Below are positions 17,642 through 26,474 of a DNA stretch of 64,000 nucleotides, piece after piece. The first letter of the stretch is position 1. Each line of letters opens with the position of its first letter. Below the pieces are notes generated by a model, which was not told where the DNA came from, did not search any database, and was given only the letters and a program-made list of their open reading frames with translations. The DNA is taken from the sequence record LR756511.1; one strand, written 5' to 3'. The position numbers and the translations under genes were made by a program.

Positions 17642-17818
17642 ATGCATAACGTGCAGATGAAGAAGAAGGACGAGTATCATTGCGGCACCATCAAGACGCC
17701 CATCAACCGCAACATCATCCCGATCCAGTATCAGATCATGGCCGTTGCGGTCTGCAAGCGGCATGATAAGAGCAAGAGCCGCGCCAAGCAGAAACGTGCT
17801 TGGCAGAAGGGGGACTAA
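17642..17818 (+). CDS. Basic 58-aa protein
   Basis: Hand-translated MHNVQMKKKDEY...; AAGGAG. Confidence 0.6.
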   Translation: MHNVQMKKKDEYHCGTIKTPINRNIIPIQYQIMAVAVCKRHDKSKSRAKQKRAWQKGD

Positions 17819-17948
17819 AATGGTAGATGGGGACAAGCGCCGCCGTCGTTTCTCCACCGAAGCCCGCCGTAAGTGGTATGCTTACTGGCGAACCCTACGT
17901 TTTGCAAAGCTGTACAAATTGGGGATACCCTAACCCAAGGAGACAGAC

Positions 17949-18103
17949 ATGCACAGCCGCGAGTCGATCCAGGCGTTGCTCATGAACAACCCCAAGGCCG
18001 TCTCAGCAAGGCGCAACTGGAACGCGCCCGCGACATGCTCATGAAGTATGCGGCGCAACTCGCCCGTGTTGCCAACGGGGAGGACGTGGCCACCCCCGTC
18101 TAG
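17949..18103 (+). pseudogene. Internally deleted, frameshifted gene remnant
   Basis: MHSRESIQALLMNNPKAV in one frame joins LSKAQLERARDMLMKYAAQLARVAN in another. Confidence 0.55.
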
Positions 18104-18160
18104 GGGGCTTGCCCGTTTTATAAAGCTGTACTTAATGCAGTATCTAACCAAGGAGATGCC

Positions 18161-18349
18161 ATGAGTGACGCGGAAAGCGCCCTGATCGACGCGGAGTATG
18201 CCATGAAGCAAGTGCAATTCGGCCTTGCTCATAAGGGCGAAGCTCCCAAGAATGCCGTCGATTATGTCGCATGGTATGCCATGAGTGATTGCCTCCAACG
18301 TGCGAGCGACGGCTTGGAACGGCTCATCGACAAGCTGAAGAGTATGTAA
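18161..18349 (+). CDS. Hypothetical protein
   Basis: Between motifs 18124 and 18350. Confidence 0.7.
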   Translation: MSDAESALIDAEYAMKQVQFGLAHKGEAPKNAVDYVAWYAMSDCLQRASDGLERLIDKLKSM

Positions 18350-18392
18350 AGCTGTACGAAAAGCTTTACCTCTAACCCAAAAGGAGCAACGC

Positions 18393-18626
18393 ATGAGAGA
18401 GCAAATCCGCAAGGCAATGGAGCGCGGCATCATCACCGAAGTCGAAGCGGCAACCGCAAACAAGGTGGCCGACTGGCGGGAAAGCTGGATCAACGGCAAC
18501 CGCAAAGACGTGGTTGTTGAACTGATCGAGAACGGCTTGCTCTCCGACGCCATCGCCTTCGCTGGCACCCTGGATCATGACGACAGGGAAACCCTGCTGA
18601 AAATGCTCCGCAACCGCGACAAGTAG
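18393..18626 (+). CDS. Hypothetical protein
   Basis: Cassette leader. Confidence 0.7.
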   Translation: MREQIRKAMERGIITEVEAATANKVADWRESWINGNRKDVVVELIENGLLSDAIAFAGTLDHDDRETLLKMLRNRDK

Positions 18627-18707
18627 AGGGAAGCGGGGACCGCCAACCCGCATACAGCTTTATAAAGCTGTACTTAATACATTACCTCTAACGCAAAGGA
18701 GCAAGTC

Positions 18708-18908
18708 ATGGGTAAGCTGGCCTACTGGTCGTTCGAAGTGTTCGCCGTTGTCGCGCCCGTCGTCTTTGGGGCGATGTTCACCTGGGTTTGGTGGCTGCTG
18801 TTCACCTACGGCAGCGATCATACCCTTGGCGTCAAGCTGGGCACGTTGTTCGGCATGAGCGTCACCGCATGGGTGCTGTATCTCATGTGGACGGCAACCC
18901 GATCCTAA
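18708..18908 (+). CDS. Small two-TM membrane protein
   Basis: Two hydrophobic segments; cassette leader. Confidence 0.7.
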   Translation: MGKLAYWSFEVFAVVAPVVFGAMFTWVWWLLFTYGSDHTLGVKLGTLFGMSVTAWVLYLMWTATRS

Positions 18909-19048
18909 AGCTGTACGAAATACGTTACCTCTAACGAAAGGAGAGCTAGCCCTACAGGAACTACGCAACAAGAGATGGGTCAGCGCCTTCTGCGTCAGCG
19001 CCATGCTGGTGCTGGTATGGTGGGTCAAGCTACCATTCTAATGAGCAT

Positions 19049-19071
19049 GGGCTAGGCTAACAACCTAGCCC
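19049..19071. terminator. Hairpin at the convergence of the two gene blocks
   Basis: GGGCTAGG-CTAACAA-CCTAGCCC. Confidence 0.5.
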
Positions 19072-19456
19072 AATTGTATTTAAATACATTACATCAGTAC
19101 AGCTATATGAGCATAGCACTTAGTACCATATGCAGTACCTGCTATAATGGTATATGTTTATAAATTGTTATAGCCAGCTGTACGCAAAGTTATTAATAGA
19201 GAAATTAAAGTCAAAAAGCGTTTCAATTTGGTTCCATAGGGACGGGGATGGAGGCGCACTGCCTTTACTTTCCGTCTATGGAGTGATAAAGTAGGTGTAT
19301 GCCGTGAAGGGCGAACACGGCTTACGGGAACAGCGGTGGTTCGTCCCATCCTGTTCCTATCACATTTCGTATTCTGCAATACTGCTATTCTGCGATTCTG
19401 TAGTTTGGGTCAAGAAAGCGAGTCCCTGGATGGACTCGCTTTCTTGTTTTGTACAG

Positions 19457-19735
19457 CTACACCATCACAGCCTCGCCCCGCTTCTTAGCCAATAAGAAGT
19501 TCATCTCGCTCTCAATCACCATCACAACGTAGCTCACATCCGAAGGGTGCTTAGCTCTCGTCTGAACAATCCAGTTACCATTGAAGCCACTACTTTCAGG
19601 ATATAAGTAATTATTGCCAAATGGATCACAAATGTTCCTTAAAACATTCTCCGCTTCCTTTGACGTAATACCCTGATTATAGTAGTCTTCAAAATGTAAC
19701 CATATACTCGTCGTCGTGTGATAGTGAATCCTCAT
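19457..19735 (-). CDS. Hypothetical protein
   Basis: Last gene of the leftward block. Confidence 0.55.
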   Translation of the reverse strand: MRIHYHTTTSIWLHFEDYYNQGITSKEAENVLRNICDPFGNNYLYPESSGFNGNWIVQTRAKHPSDVSYVVMVIESEMNFLLAKKRGEAVMV

Positions 19736-19997
19736 TGGAAACCTTTCATTAAGCCATAATTTAGTTCCAATTCACATGGAAATGTTTCCAAAATCCCTGA
19801 AAATTGAAATTAAAAGGCACTAAAGAGAACGGGCTAGACCCAATATCTGCCAAACTTTTCTGCCCAAAAATTCGCCTCGTCACAAATCGTTTCACAGTCT
19901 CAACTTGCGCTCAGCATTATTTTCTCCCACTTTTCCCCACTTATAACCACAATTCACCACATTTCCTAGCTTTTCTGGTACAGCTGGTGGAATATTA

Positions 19998-20246
19998 TTA
20001 ATGTGCCTTAGATAGAGCGTGGACCATGATGAAGATAAGTCCGAATGGGCTTCGTGGTCGTTGAAATGGATTCAATTTTCTTTGGTAGTCATCCATATCC
20101 TTGAGCCATTCCACAAATGCCCCTGTTGTGCTACAGCAATAATCAAATGGTGCTACGCCTAATTCTTCTACTTTATCACAGACAATTTCAATTGGCACAG
20201 TGCCACGGGCATATGCAATGGTCAATTGGTCTAAATCACTGAGCAT
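19998..20246 (-). CDS. Hypothetical protein
   Basis: Tiled ORF. Confidence 0.6.
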   Translation of the reverse strand: MLSDLDQLTIAYARGTVPIEIVCDKVEELGVAPFDYCCSTTGAFVEWLKDMDDYQRKLNPFQRPRSPFGLIFIMVHALSKAH

Positions 20247-20430
20247 CGTTATTAATAACCTTTTCCGCTTTACGTTGTTCGGCGTCTCGTCTATCGAGTA
20301 ATGCGCATGTAGCGGTGGTCACAAGGGTCTGGAGTGTAACAAGGAATTCGGGATTAAGTTCTCGTCCATATGCCCATTTCTGGACATAATCATCGAGGAA
20401 CCGTGCTTCATTCATGGAAATCTTAGCCAT
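20236..20430 (-). CDS. Hypothetical protein
   Basis: Tiled ORF. Confidence 0.55.
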   Translation of the reverse strand: MAKISMNEARFLDDYVQKWAYGRELNPEFLVTLQTLVTTATCALLDRRDAEQRKAEKVINNDAQ

Positions 20431-20432
20431 TA

Positions 20433-20648
20433 TTAACCTTTCATGAAGTAGGCGATTGCAAAGGTAATGGCCCAAACGATGCCAATGGGAATAAGGTATA
20501 ATACCTTGAACATACTTTCCACATCAGGAATCCAGAAACGTCCATGAAATTCTTTATTTTGCGAGGGCCAGAAGAAAGCGGCCAAGCATAATACCGTAAT
20601 TACAACAGGGATAGCCCAAAGAACAGACGTAGGAATGAAGATACTCAT
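20433..20648 (-). CDS. Small two-TM membrane protein
   Basis: Hydrophobic segments. Confidence 0.65.
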   Translation of the reverse strand: MSIFIPTSVLWAIPVVITVLCLAAFFWPSQNKEFHGRFWIPDVESMFKVLYLIPIGIVWAITFAIAYFMKG

Positions 20649-20746
20649 TTTGGTAAAAATTAGTGTGCCAAGGTCTTGTATTGTTCTTTCCCCAGCACAT
20701 ATTACGCGGTTTGGTGCAACAGCCCGCGCATCATAAATAGTTCCAG

Positions 20747-21112
20747 CTAGTCTACAAGGAGTTTGAGTCGAATTTTGGCTAATTCTTTTTCGTTATCGGT
20801 CAGTTTTCGCCATGTTCCGAAAAGGAAGTTTTGCCTTCGGTGTTCTCTTTTGATACGCTTAATGAGTCGAATGGCTCTTGCGGCCAGCCGTCTTTCTTTA
20901 GCGTAGCAGAAGTTGGCGATAACGACGTAGAAATTCCAATCTCTGTTCATGGTTGGGCGCAAGGCCAGGGGAGTATCGTCTTTGGGGATCATTTCTCCCT
21001 TTAGGCAATTTGGGAGTTGGTGGCCGCGTTCCATGAGGTAGTCATGGAGGGCCATCCAAGCTCCGCTATCTCCCTGATAAGCTGCCCGCACCATGTTAAG
21101 GATTTGGTCCAT
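20747..21112 (-). CDS. Protein with TIGR02996-like N-terminal motif
   Basis: GDSGAWMALHDYLMERG; motif 21124. Confidence 0.55.
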   Translation of the reverse strand: MDQILNMVRAAYQGDSGAWMALHDYLMERGHQLPNCLKGEMIPKDDTPLALRPTMNRDWNFYVVIANFCYAKERRLAARAIRLIKRIKREHRRQNFLFGTWRKLTDNEKELAKIRLKLLVD

Positions 21113-21137
21113 GTCCTCTGTTTGTACAGCTGCATTT

Positions 21138-21422
21138 TCATGCGGGGATTGGGATTACGATTTGGACACATTCAAGAGCATGGTCATCGACTTTGAATGG
21201 TGGGGTTAGTCCCTTTGCCCAGCAATTAGCCACCATTGGTTCTGGCAATTCAATATCCAATTCGGGCAGAGCGTCATCCTCAATATCCGAATACCAGATA
21301 TTAACGATTTTCCCATTCGGGAGTGTAATTTCAACAACATCGCCATCTTGCTCTAGCGTTACAGACTTTTTCATGGCTTTTTCCTTTTTAGCAGAAGGTT
21401 GCGGCTTTTTCAAAATCTTCAT
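21138..21422 (-). CDS. Hypothetical protein
   Basis: Tiled ORF. Confidence 0.6.
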   Translation of the reverse strand: MKILKKPQPSAKKEKAMKKSVTLEQDGDVVEITLPNGKIVNIWYSDIEDDALPELDIELPEPMVANCWAKGLTPPFKVDDHALECVQIVIPIPA

Positions 21423-21834
21423 TAGCGATACATTCTAGCTTATCGCCGTGGAGCTTAATAAGCTGTTCTTTTACTTTAGGTTCATATGGATGTTTGATAA
21501 CATGCCATGCGCCGACTTTATCTCCAGTAAGGCGGAACCACGTTGTATTTTTGGTTCTTCGCTTGAGGGTATTGACGACTTCGACCAATGCGGTGAGTTT
21601 GCTGATAATTTGGTCAAGTTTTTCGAATTCGAATTCCGTGGGTTGGGTTTTGGCCCAATTTTCGATAGATTGTCCGATAGTGCGGTCTGTCCAATAATAA
21701 TCATTACAGCCGCCGTTGCCGCGATTGCTGGCCTGTCCTACCTTCTTCCCATCCAGGTAGATATCGCAAGTAAAGCAATCAGTCTCTTCGGAGAGTTTAG
21801 CGACTCGTTTATAGCTCTTAATGGTCAGGTTCAT
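21388..21834 (-). CDS. Conserved phage hypothetical protein
   Basis: SEET-x-CF...NRGNGG pattern. Confidence 0.75.
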   Translation of the reverse strand: MNLTIKSYKRVAKLSEETDCFTCDIYLDGKKVGQASNRGNGGCNDYYWTDRTIGQSIENWAKTQPTEFEFEKLDQIISKLTALVEVVNTLKRRTKNTTWFRLTGDKVGAWHVIKHPYEPKVKEQLIKLHGDKLECIANEDFEKAATFC

Positions 21835-21838
21835 GATT

Positions 21839-22159
21839 TCACCAGCTTATTGTGATAGAGGCGAAAGGAGTTCGTACACGTTCTGCTTTATAGTCTACAT
21901 ACATTGCCGCTTTATAATCCCGCTTCAATTCTTTGGCCAGTTTTTCAGGGATTGGTCTACTGGTAGAAAATTCAGTAATATAATCTTCTTCGGAGTAGAG
22001 TTTGGTGATATTTTCGATTAGTGGGAGGAAGGCGAACCAGTCTTCGGGTGAAATATACTTAAATTCGCCTTGCTCATATTCATTGGTGAGTTGTTCGATA
22101 GTGCATCCGCCTTGGAGAGTTCTTTGAACAGCTTCGCCAAGTAATTGCATTGCGGTCAT
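21839..22159 (-). CDS. Hypothetical protein
   Basis: Tiled ORF. Confidence 0.65.
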   Translation of the reverse strand: MTAMQLLGEAVQRTLQGGCTIEQLTNEYEQGEFKYISPEDWFAFLPLIENITKLYSEEDYITEFSTSRPIPEKLAKELKRDYKAAMYVDYKAERVRTPFASITISW

Positions 22160-22170
22160 TATTTGTTCCT

Positions 22171-22485
22171 TTAGATGCCAGGGGTAATTGGGTTTTTTTG
22201 CAGGTCAAAATAGCCTACGCCGAGATTGATTATATCACCAATTTCGGGGGTTTCGGGGAAAATACCGATAAATTGGTCGCCAGCGTGTCCAGACTGGCGG
22301 GTTTCGATAATTTGTGCCCAAAGCTTAACCTTTTTGCCTAGAAAAGTTTGCGCTGTAAGTAGGTCAAAATGGGGGTTAACGGTGGCGGTGCCGTGGAAAT
22401 TTACGTCTGAGAGATAGAAGTAGCCGTAACGTTGGGATTGTCGTTCGGGGGAATCCCACATGAAGATACCAGAGCCTAGCCGCAT
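22171..22485 (-). CDS. Hypothetical protein
   Basis: Tiled ORF. Confidence 0.6.
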   Translation of the reverse strand: MRLGSGIFMWDSPERQSQRYGYFYLSDVNFHGTATVNPHFDLLTAQTFLGKKVKLWAQIIETRQSGHAGDQFIGIFPETPEIGDIINLGVGYFDLQKNPITPGI

Positions 22486-22666
22486 GGTTTCTCCTTAGCT
22501 GAGTTTGGCGGTGTTTTCGTCGGCAATTTCTTCGATAGAGCAAGCGAAGAGTTGGTGAGCGATTTTGTCTACGATACGGTCTAGTTCGTCGTGTTGTTCT
22601 TTGGTGCAAGTATCATCAATGTTCATGTAAAGATGATACAATTCGTCTTTGGTAACGTGTTCCATG

Positions 22667-22879
22667 TTATTCTCCGTTAATTTTCATCCACTGGCGAGTG
22701 AATTCGTTAAGAGCGTCTTCCATTTCTTCGGTTTTATTACGGACGAAATCAATGAGTTCGTTATCGGGAAGGCTATTGGTATAGGATGCAAGGTCGCAAC
22801 CCAGGAGCCGTTCTGCCTGATTATGTCCGTGAACAGCGAATTCAGCGATTAATTCCCGCATTTTTTGTGGTGTCATCAT
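22667..22879 (-). CDS. Hypothetical protein
   Basis: Tiled ORF with RBS. Confidence 0.6.
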   Translation of the reverse strand: MMTPQKMRELIAEFAVHGHNQAERLLGCDLASYTNSLPDNELIDFVRNKTEEMEDALNEFTRQWMKINGE

Positions 22880-22983
22880 AGTTTCGCCTTGCCAATCGTT
22901 TTTGAAAGCGTTTAGCGGACTGTTTAATACGTCGGGTGCCCCGTTTGCCGTTGGTTTTCCAGCCTAAGAGGACGCCAGGGGTT

Positions 22984-23253
22984 TTAGCGGACAGACTCAT
23001 TTACCTTTCGTCTCTCCATAATAGTTTGTACAGCTTGACGGGTGACATCGAGTTTAGTGACTAGGGAAGCGTAGACTTCGCGTGCATCGCGGCGAAGGAA
23101 ATCGCCCCAGCGATATTCGCGTTTCATATCTCCTTCTGGCCCATCAATTACTTGCTTCCGTGCCTCATCTAAAACAGATGGAGGCATAAAGAACAGCAAT
23201 TCATGGATCAGACGCATTTCAGAGGGAGTGAGTTCTAATTTATATGTTTCCAT
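22984..23253 (-). CDS. Hypothetical protein
   Basis: GAGGA RBS. Confidence 0.65.
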   Translation of the reverse strand: METYKLELTPSEMRLIHELLFFMPPSVLDEARKQVIDGPEGDMKREYRWGDFLRRDAREVYASLVTKLDVTRQAVQTIMERRKVNESVR

Positions 23254-23403
23254 TTATTCCTCAACATCTTCGAAGGATTCGGCTTTAACGTTAGCCATTA
23301 ATTCCGCTTGTTCTAGGGCATTGCAGACAATTTCTTCTGCATCCTCAAGCGTAATGTCATCGCTGAAAACGACGCGGACGGTGAGGACGATTTGGCGTTG
23401 CAT

Positions 23404-23763
23404 TTAAGCGGCCTTTCGGAGTTTGCGGATTGCGGTTTTCCAGGCTTCGTCATACTGTTTGTACAGCTGCTGGACGAGGCTATAATCCTTCTTATTGAGT
23501 CGTCCCGTTTGCTTATCCGTCATAGAGAAACCGTAGCGGGCGCCAGCATCGAGAGCGACATTCATGGGGACATTATAATGGAATTCTGGCTTGATGATAA
23601 TGGCCTTTATGCCTTCGGGGAACGTCCCGTAAAGCTGGCCCAAGATACAATTCTTGCCATTCCTTAGACTAAGCGTGGTAAGTTTGACTTTATTGTACCA
23701 GCCAGGGTTGCGGCGGTTGAGCAGTTTAACGCCAGCGTTGACTTTACGGGTGATGGTGTCCAT
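23404..23763 (-). CDS. Conserved phage protein, paralog of 32992-33351
   Basis: V-x-x-GVK-x-L...PGW...L...C-x-x-GQLYG shared. Confidence 0.8.
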   Translation of the reverse strand: MDTITRKVNAGVKLLNRRNPGWYNKVKLTTLSLRNGKNCILGQLYGTFPEGIKAIIIKPEFHYNVPMNVALDAGARYGFSMTDKQTGRLNKKDYSLVQQLYKQYDEAWKTAIRKLRKAA

Positions 23764-23809
23764 GTTTTAGCTCCTGTGTTTTGGTGTCGTTGGTTCTGAT
23801 TGTACAGCT

Positions 23810-24271
23810 TTATCGGCTTTTATCCCAGCATTTAGGGTTATTGCGTGTTTGGTGGTGTTTGGCGAATTGTTCCATAATCATAGGAATATGGGCTTGTGGG
23901 AAAGTGACCGCCATTTTAACTTGAACATTTGGTTCGGCGCGGTAGCCGTCGTCACTGAGTCCTGTATGATCTTCGACAAATGGGTAGTAATCCCAGCAAT
24001 CATCAGTTTTAATTGGAGGACAGAATATGAAGGTATGAAACTGGCAATCTCTTGGGGTTGCGTCTAGTCGAGCGATGCAAATATTCATGAATTTGGTAAA
24101 ATCTTGCATACTTGGAAAGGATATGAATACTTTTCCAGGTGTATGTTCTTGGCAAGATTCTTCGGTTTCGATGAAGGATTCCCACATAGCCTTGATTAGA
24201 GGGGCAATGAGGGTATCGACTTCAGCGCGTGTCTTGCCGACTTTAATCAGTTTAGGCTTATGTTCTTTCAT
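23810..24271 (-). CDS. Hypothetical protein
   Basis: Tiled ORF. Confidence 0.7.
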   Translation of the reverse strand: MKEHKPKLIKVGKTRAEVDTLIAPLIKAMWESFIETEESCQEHTPGKVFISFPSMQDFTKFMNICIARLDATPRDCQFHTFIFCPPIKTDDCWDYYPFVEDHTGLSDDGYRAEPNVQVKMAVTFPQAHIPMIMEQFAKHHQTRNNPKCWDKSR

Positions 24272-24450
24272 GGTTTGCCTTTAAGGATTTTGAGGCGGAA
24301 TTTAGCCTTATCGTATTTGATTTTATATTTTTCGTATTCTTCGGGGTCACGTTCCTTGAAGTTTTTGGATGCAAGGGCGCGTTGGAGTAGGGCGATCCAT
24401 TTCTCTTCGTGGGCAATTTCTTGTGCCTTAGTCATTTTCTTCTTTTTCAT
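24268..24450 (-). CDS. Basic hypothetical protein
   Basis: Coupled to the next ORF. Confidence 0.6.
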   Translation of the reverse strand: MKKKKMTKAQEIAHEEKWIALLQRALASKNFKERDPEEYEKYKIKYDKAKFRLKILKGKP

Positions 24451-24456
24451 GATTTT

Positions 24457-24777
24457 CTAGCATCCGTCACAATACCAGTGGACTTTGCCCTTGAACCATG
24501 ATGCAACGTTTTGGATTTGGGCTACGAAAGCTGGCATATTATCAATATCGCCTACGTCAACGGGCGATTCTTGGATAATCTTGCTAACTTCCTCTTCGTT
24601 GGTTTCGTTGGGGACTTCGACACGGAAGGACAAATTACCTTCCCATACGGTTTTGGTATTGGCGTTGAGGATTTCGCCTAGAGCGTTGGCAAAATCTTCT
24701 TTGGTCCAGCCTTCGGCTTTCTTTTGTTCAACGAAAGCTTTGGCTTCTTCAAGAATTTTTTGGGTAGAGGGTTTCAT
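24457..24777 (-). CDS. Hypothetical protein
   Basis: GGAG RBS before MKPST. Confidence 0.6.
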   Translation of the reverse strand: MKPSTQKILEEAKAFVEQKKAEGWTKEDFANALGEILNANTKTVWEGNLSFRVEVPNETNEEEVSKIIQESPVDVGDIDNMPAFVAQIQNVASWFKGKVHWYCDGC

Positions 24778-25196
24778 TCCCACTCCAGGGGTTCGCCTTG
24801 TTCGTCGCAAAGGAGGACAAAAAGATCATCGTAAGCATGATCTTTGTCGGGGATATTGGTATAAATCCATTCCCAGCCGTCATCGAAGGTATCGAAGGTT
24901 TTGCCGCCAGTATTAACTTCGTTGTTAGCCCAATCATAGATTTTATACATTACTTCTCCAATTCATTGACGCGGTTTTGGAGTTCATTGACTTCTGCCTG
25001 TAAGACCTGATGGGCTTCGGCGTTTTCAGTTTCTTCGTTATTAACCTTCTGTTTCATGTTGTACAGCTGCTTATTAATCCGCTCCACTTCCCATTCCAGG
25101 TTATTAATCCTATGGGTTTGATGCATATTGGTTAAAGCAGAGGCAATAGATTGTAGTAATTGTAAAAATTCTTTCTTACGGGCTTAAAATTGATTT

Positions 25197-25514
25197 CTAG
25201 CTATATTTGTCCGCTAGTGCGTTTGCCCCTTGGACAATATTTTCGATATTAACAGAGTAATCGGATAGAACGTCGTAGCCACTATTGCCATAGACGAGGA
25301 ATGCCCAGCCGATGCGTTTATCGTCCTTATAGAAGCGTAGGGTTTCTTCATCGGTTTGGAACATGGCATTGAGGATATCTTTGACGTTAGTGGACTTGGA
25401 GATAGCGATATCTTCTCCGTTGTCTACGGTGACGGTATATCCTTGGTGGATTGCGTCAAGGATGATACGTCGGGCGATAACTCGTTCAACGTGTTGGCGC
25501 ATCTTAACGCTCAT
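25197..25514 (-). CDS. Conserved phage hypothetical protein
   Basis: LVYGNSG-x-DV-x-SDYS pattern; start MSVKMRQ. Confidence 0.7.
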   Translation of the reverse strand: MSVKMRQHVERVIARRIILDAIHQGYTVTVDNGEDIAISKSTNVKDILNAMFQTDEETLRFYKDDKRIGWAFLVYGNSGYDVLSDYSVNIENIVQGANALADKYS

Positions 25515-25698
25515 TAAGAACTTCCTTTGCCTTTTCGACAGGGTTGATGGGGTCGCCAGTGTTTCTTGCATAAAAGAACGGAAGCGTATCGTTATGATAG
25601 CTGAGCAGTTCACCGACACATTCTAGGTCATAAGGGGAAGTTAGTTTAACTCCCTCTTCATGGCAAACCAGAATGATTTTTGCAATTAGTTTGTTCAT
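25504..25698 (-). CDS. Hypothetical protein
   Basis: ATG 10 nt after motif 25709. Confidence 0.6.
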   Translation of the reverse strand: MNKLIAKIILVCHEEGVKLTSPYDLECVGELLSYHNDTLPFFYARNTGDPINPVEKAKEVLNER

Positions 25699-26006
25699 AG
25701 CTTTTGTTGTACAGCTTGTGGTGGATCAGGTCGCCAGAATTCGCTATTGCTATCGAGCAATTCATCTTCGGTAGCAACAGCTTCGAAACCGTCTTCAAAT
25801 CGCACATAATAGCAAAGGACCATTCCAGCCTCATATCGTTCCTCTTGGGAAGCGATATTAATGCCATCACAATCGGCTATGCCCAGGACGGTAGCTTTCT
25901 GGTGTGAATGATACCATAGTTTTGCATCTTGGGATTTATGGCTTTCCCAGCAATGGTATTCAAACCAGAGAGTTTCGCCAGCTTTGCGTTCTTTTTCTAG
26001 AATCAT
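25695..26006 (-). CDS. Hypothetical protein
   Basis: ATG 10 nt after motif 26017. Confidence 0.7.
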   Translation of the reverse strand: MILEKERKAGETLWFEYHCWESHKSQDAKLWYHSHQKATVLGIADCDGINIASQEERYEAGMVLCYYVRFEDGFEAVATEDELLDSNSEFWRPDPPQAVQQKL

Positions 26007-26063
26007 AGCTTTTGTTGTACAGCTTTAGGAAAGTAGATTTCGTCCATGAACTTATACCATTCC

Positions 26064-26474
26064 TTATGCGTGCGCTAACCCTTTTAGTACAGCTTTAATT
26101 ACGGGGGAGTTGTCTTCTACACTAAAGGCGCGGAGAAGGTTAATTACTTCTGGATCAAATCCGCGTTCTTCTAATAGGTCAGCGGCAACTCCGAATTCCG
26201 TCTTACCATTATGTTGTTCTACATAGCCGTAATTCTCAATTTGGTCCCAAACCAGTTTGCCGTAATGGTAGATTTGGATACCGAATCGAGCTTCTTGGCT
26301 TCGTAGGGTTGCGTTACGGGAGAAAATATGGGTTACTTCTTTGGCAAGTTGTTCCTTATCTTCGGCGGTAGCGGTAATGAGTTCAGAGCTATAATATTCC
26401 ATATCGCAACCGCGAATACGTTCGGTTGATTCAGGCTTATAGGCGATGATGGTATACATTATTCTCCTTTCCAA
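26064..26474 (-). CDS. Protein with C-terminal TIGR02996-like motif
   Basis: GVAADLLEERG. Confidence 0.55.
   Translation of the reverse strand: MERRIMYTIIAYKPESTERIRGCDMEYYSSELITATAEDKEQLAKEVTHIFSRNATLRSQEARFGIQIYHYGKLVWDQIENYGYVEQHNGKTEFGVAADLLEERGFDPEVINLLRAFSVEDNSPVIKAVLKGLAHA

Larger units (their letters stand above)
17352..18701 (+). repeat. 71-bp exact direct repeat (17352-17422 and 18631-18701): hairpin, motif and RBS leader
   Basis: AAGCGGGGACCGCCAACCCGCATACAGCTTTATAAAGCTGTACTTAATACATTACCTCTAACGCAAAGGAG read at both sites. Confidence 0.95.
717..19183 (+). promoter_or_regulatory. Block of about 55 plus-strand AGCTGTAC motif copies, about one per gene
   Basis: Manual count; e.g. 894, 1987, 2221, 2754, 3633, 4560, 5115, 6399, 8119, 8818, 11071, 12404, 13443, 14375, 15361, 17063, 17387, 18666; usually 10-40 nt before a start codon. 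Confidence 0.9.

Noticed and set aside
17642-17818. ArfA-like ribosome rescue factor
   Set aside because: Only a basic C-terminus in common; the conserved ArfA residues were not recognisable.
11041-18945. Integron with attC sites
   Set aside because: No RYYYAAC/GTTRRRY-bounded long imperfect palindromes and no intI in the window; cassettes carry their own leaders.
850-19028. Minus-strand and alternate-frame ORFs in the + block (e.g. 1312-1959, 5676-6287, 15417-15938 upstream part, 16124-16537, 17930-18568)
   Set aside because: Shadows of real genes; several simply read through the repeated leaders (KAVLK, STAL peptides).
717-19183. Motif repeats as a CRISPR array
   Set aside because: The repeat core is 8-14 bp, spacing is irregular (about 30 to 1100 bp), and intervals contain whole genes; no cas genes.
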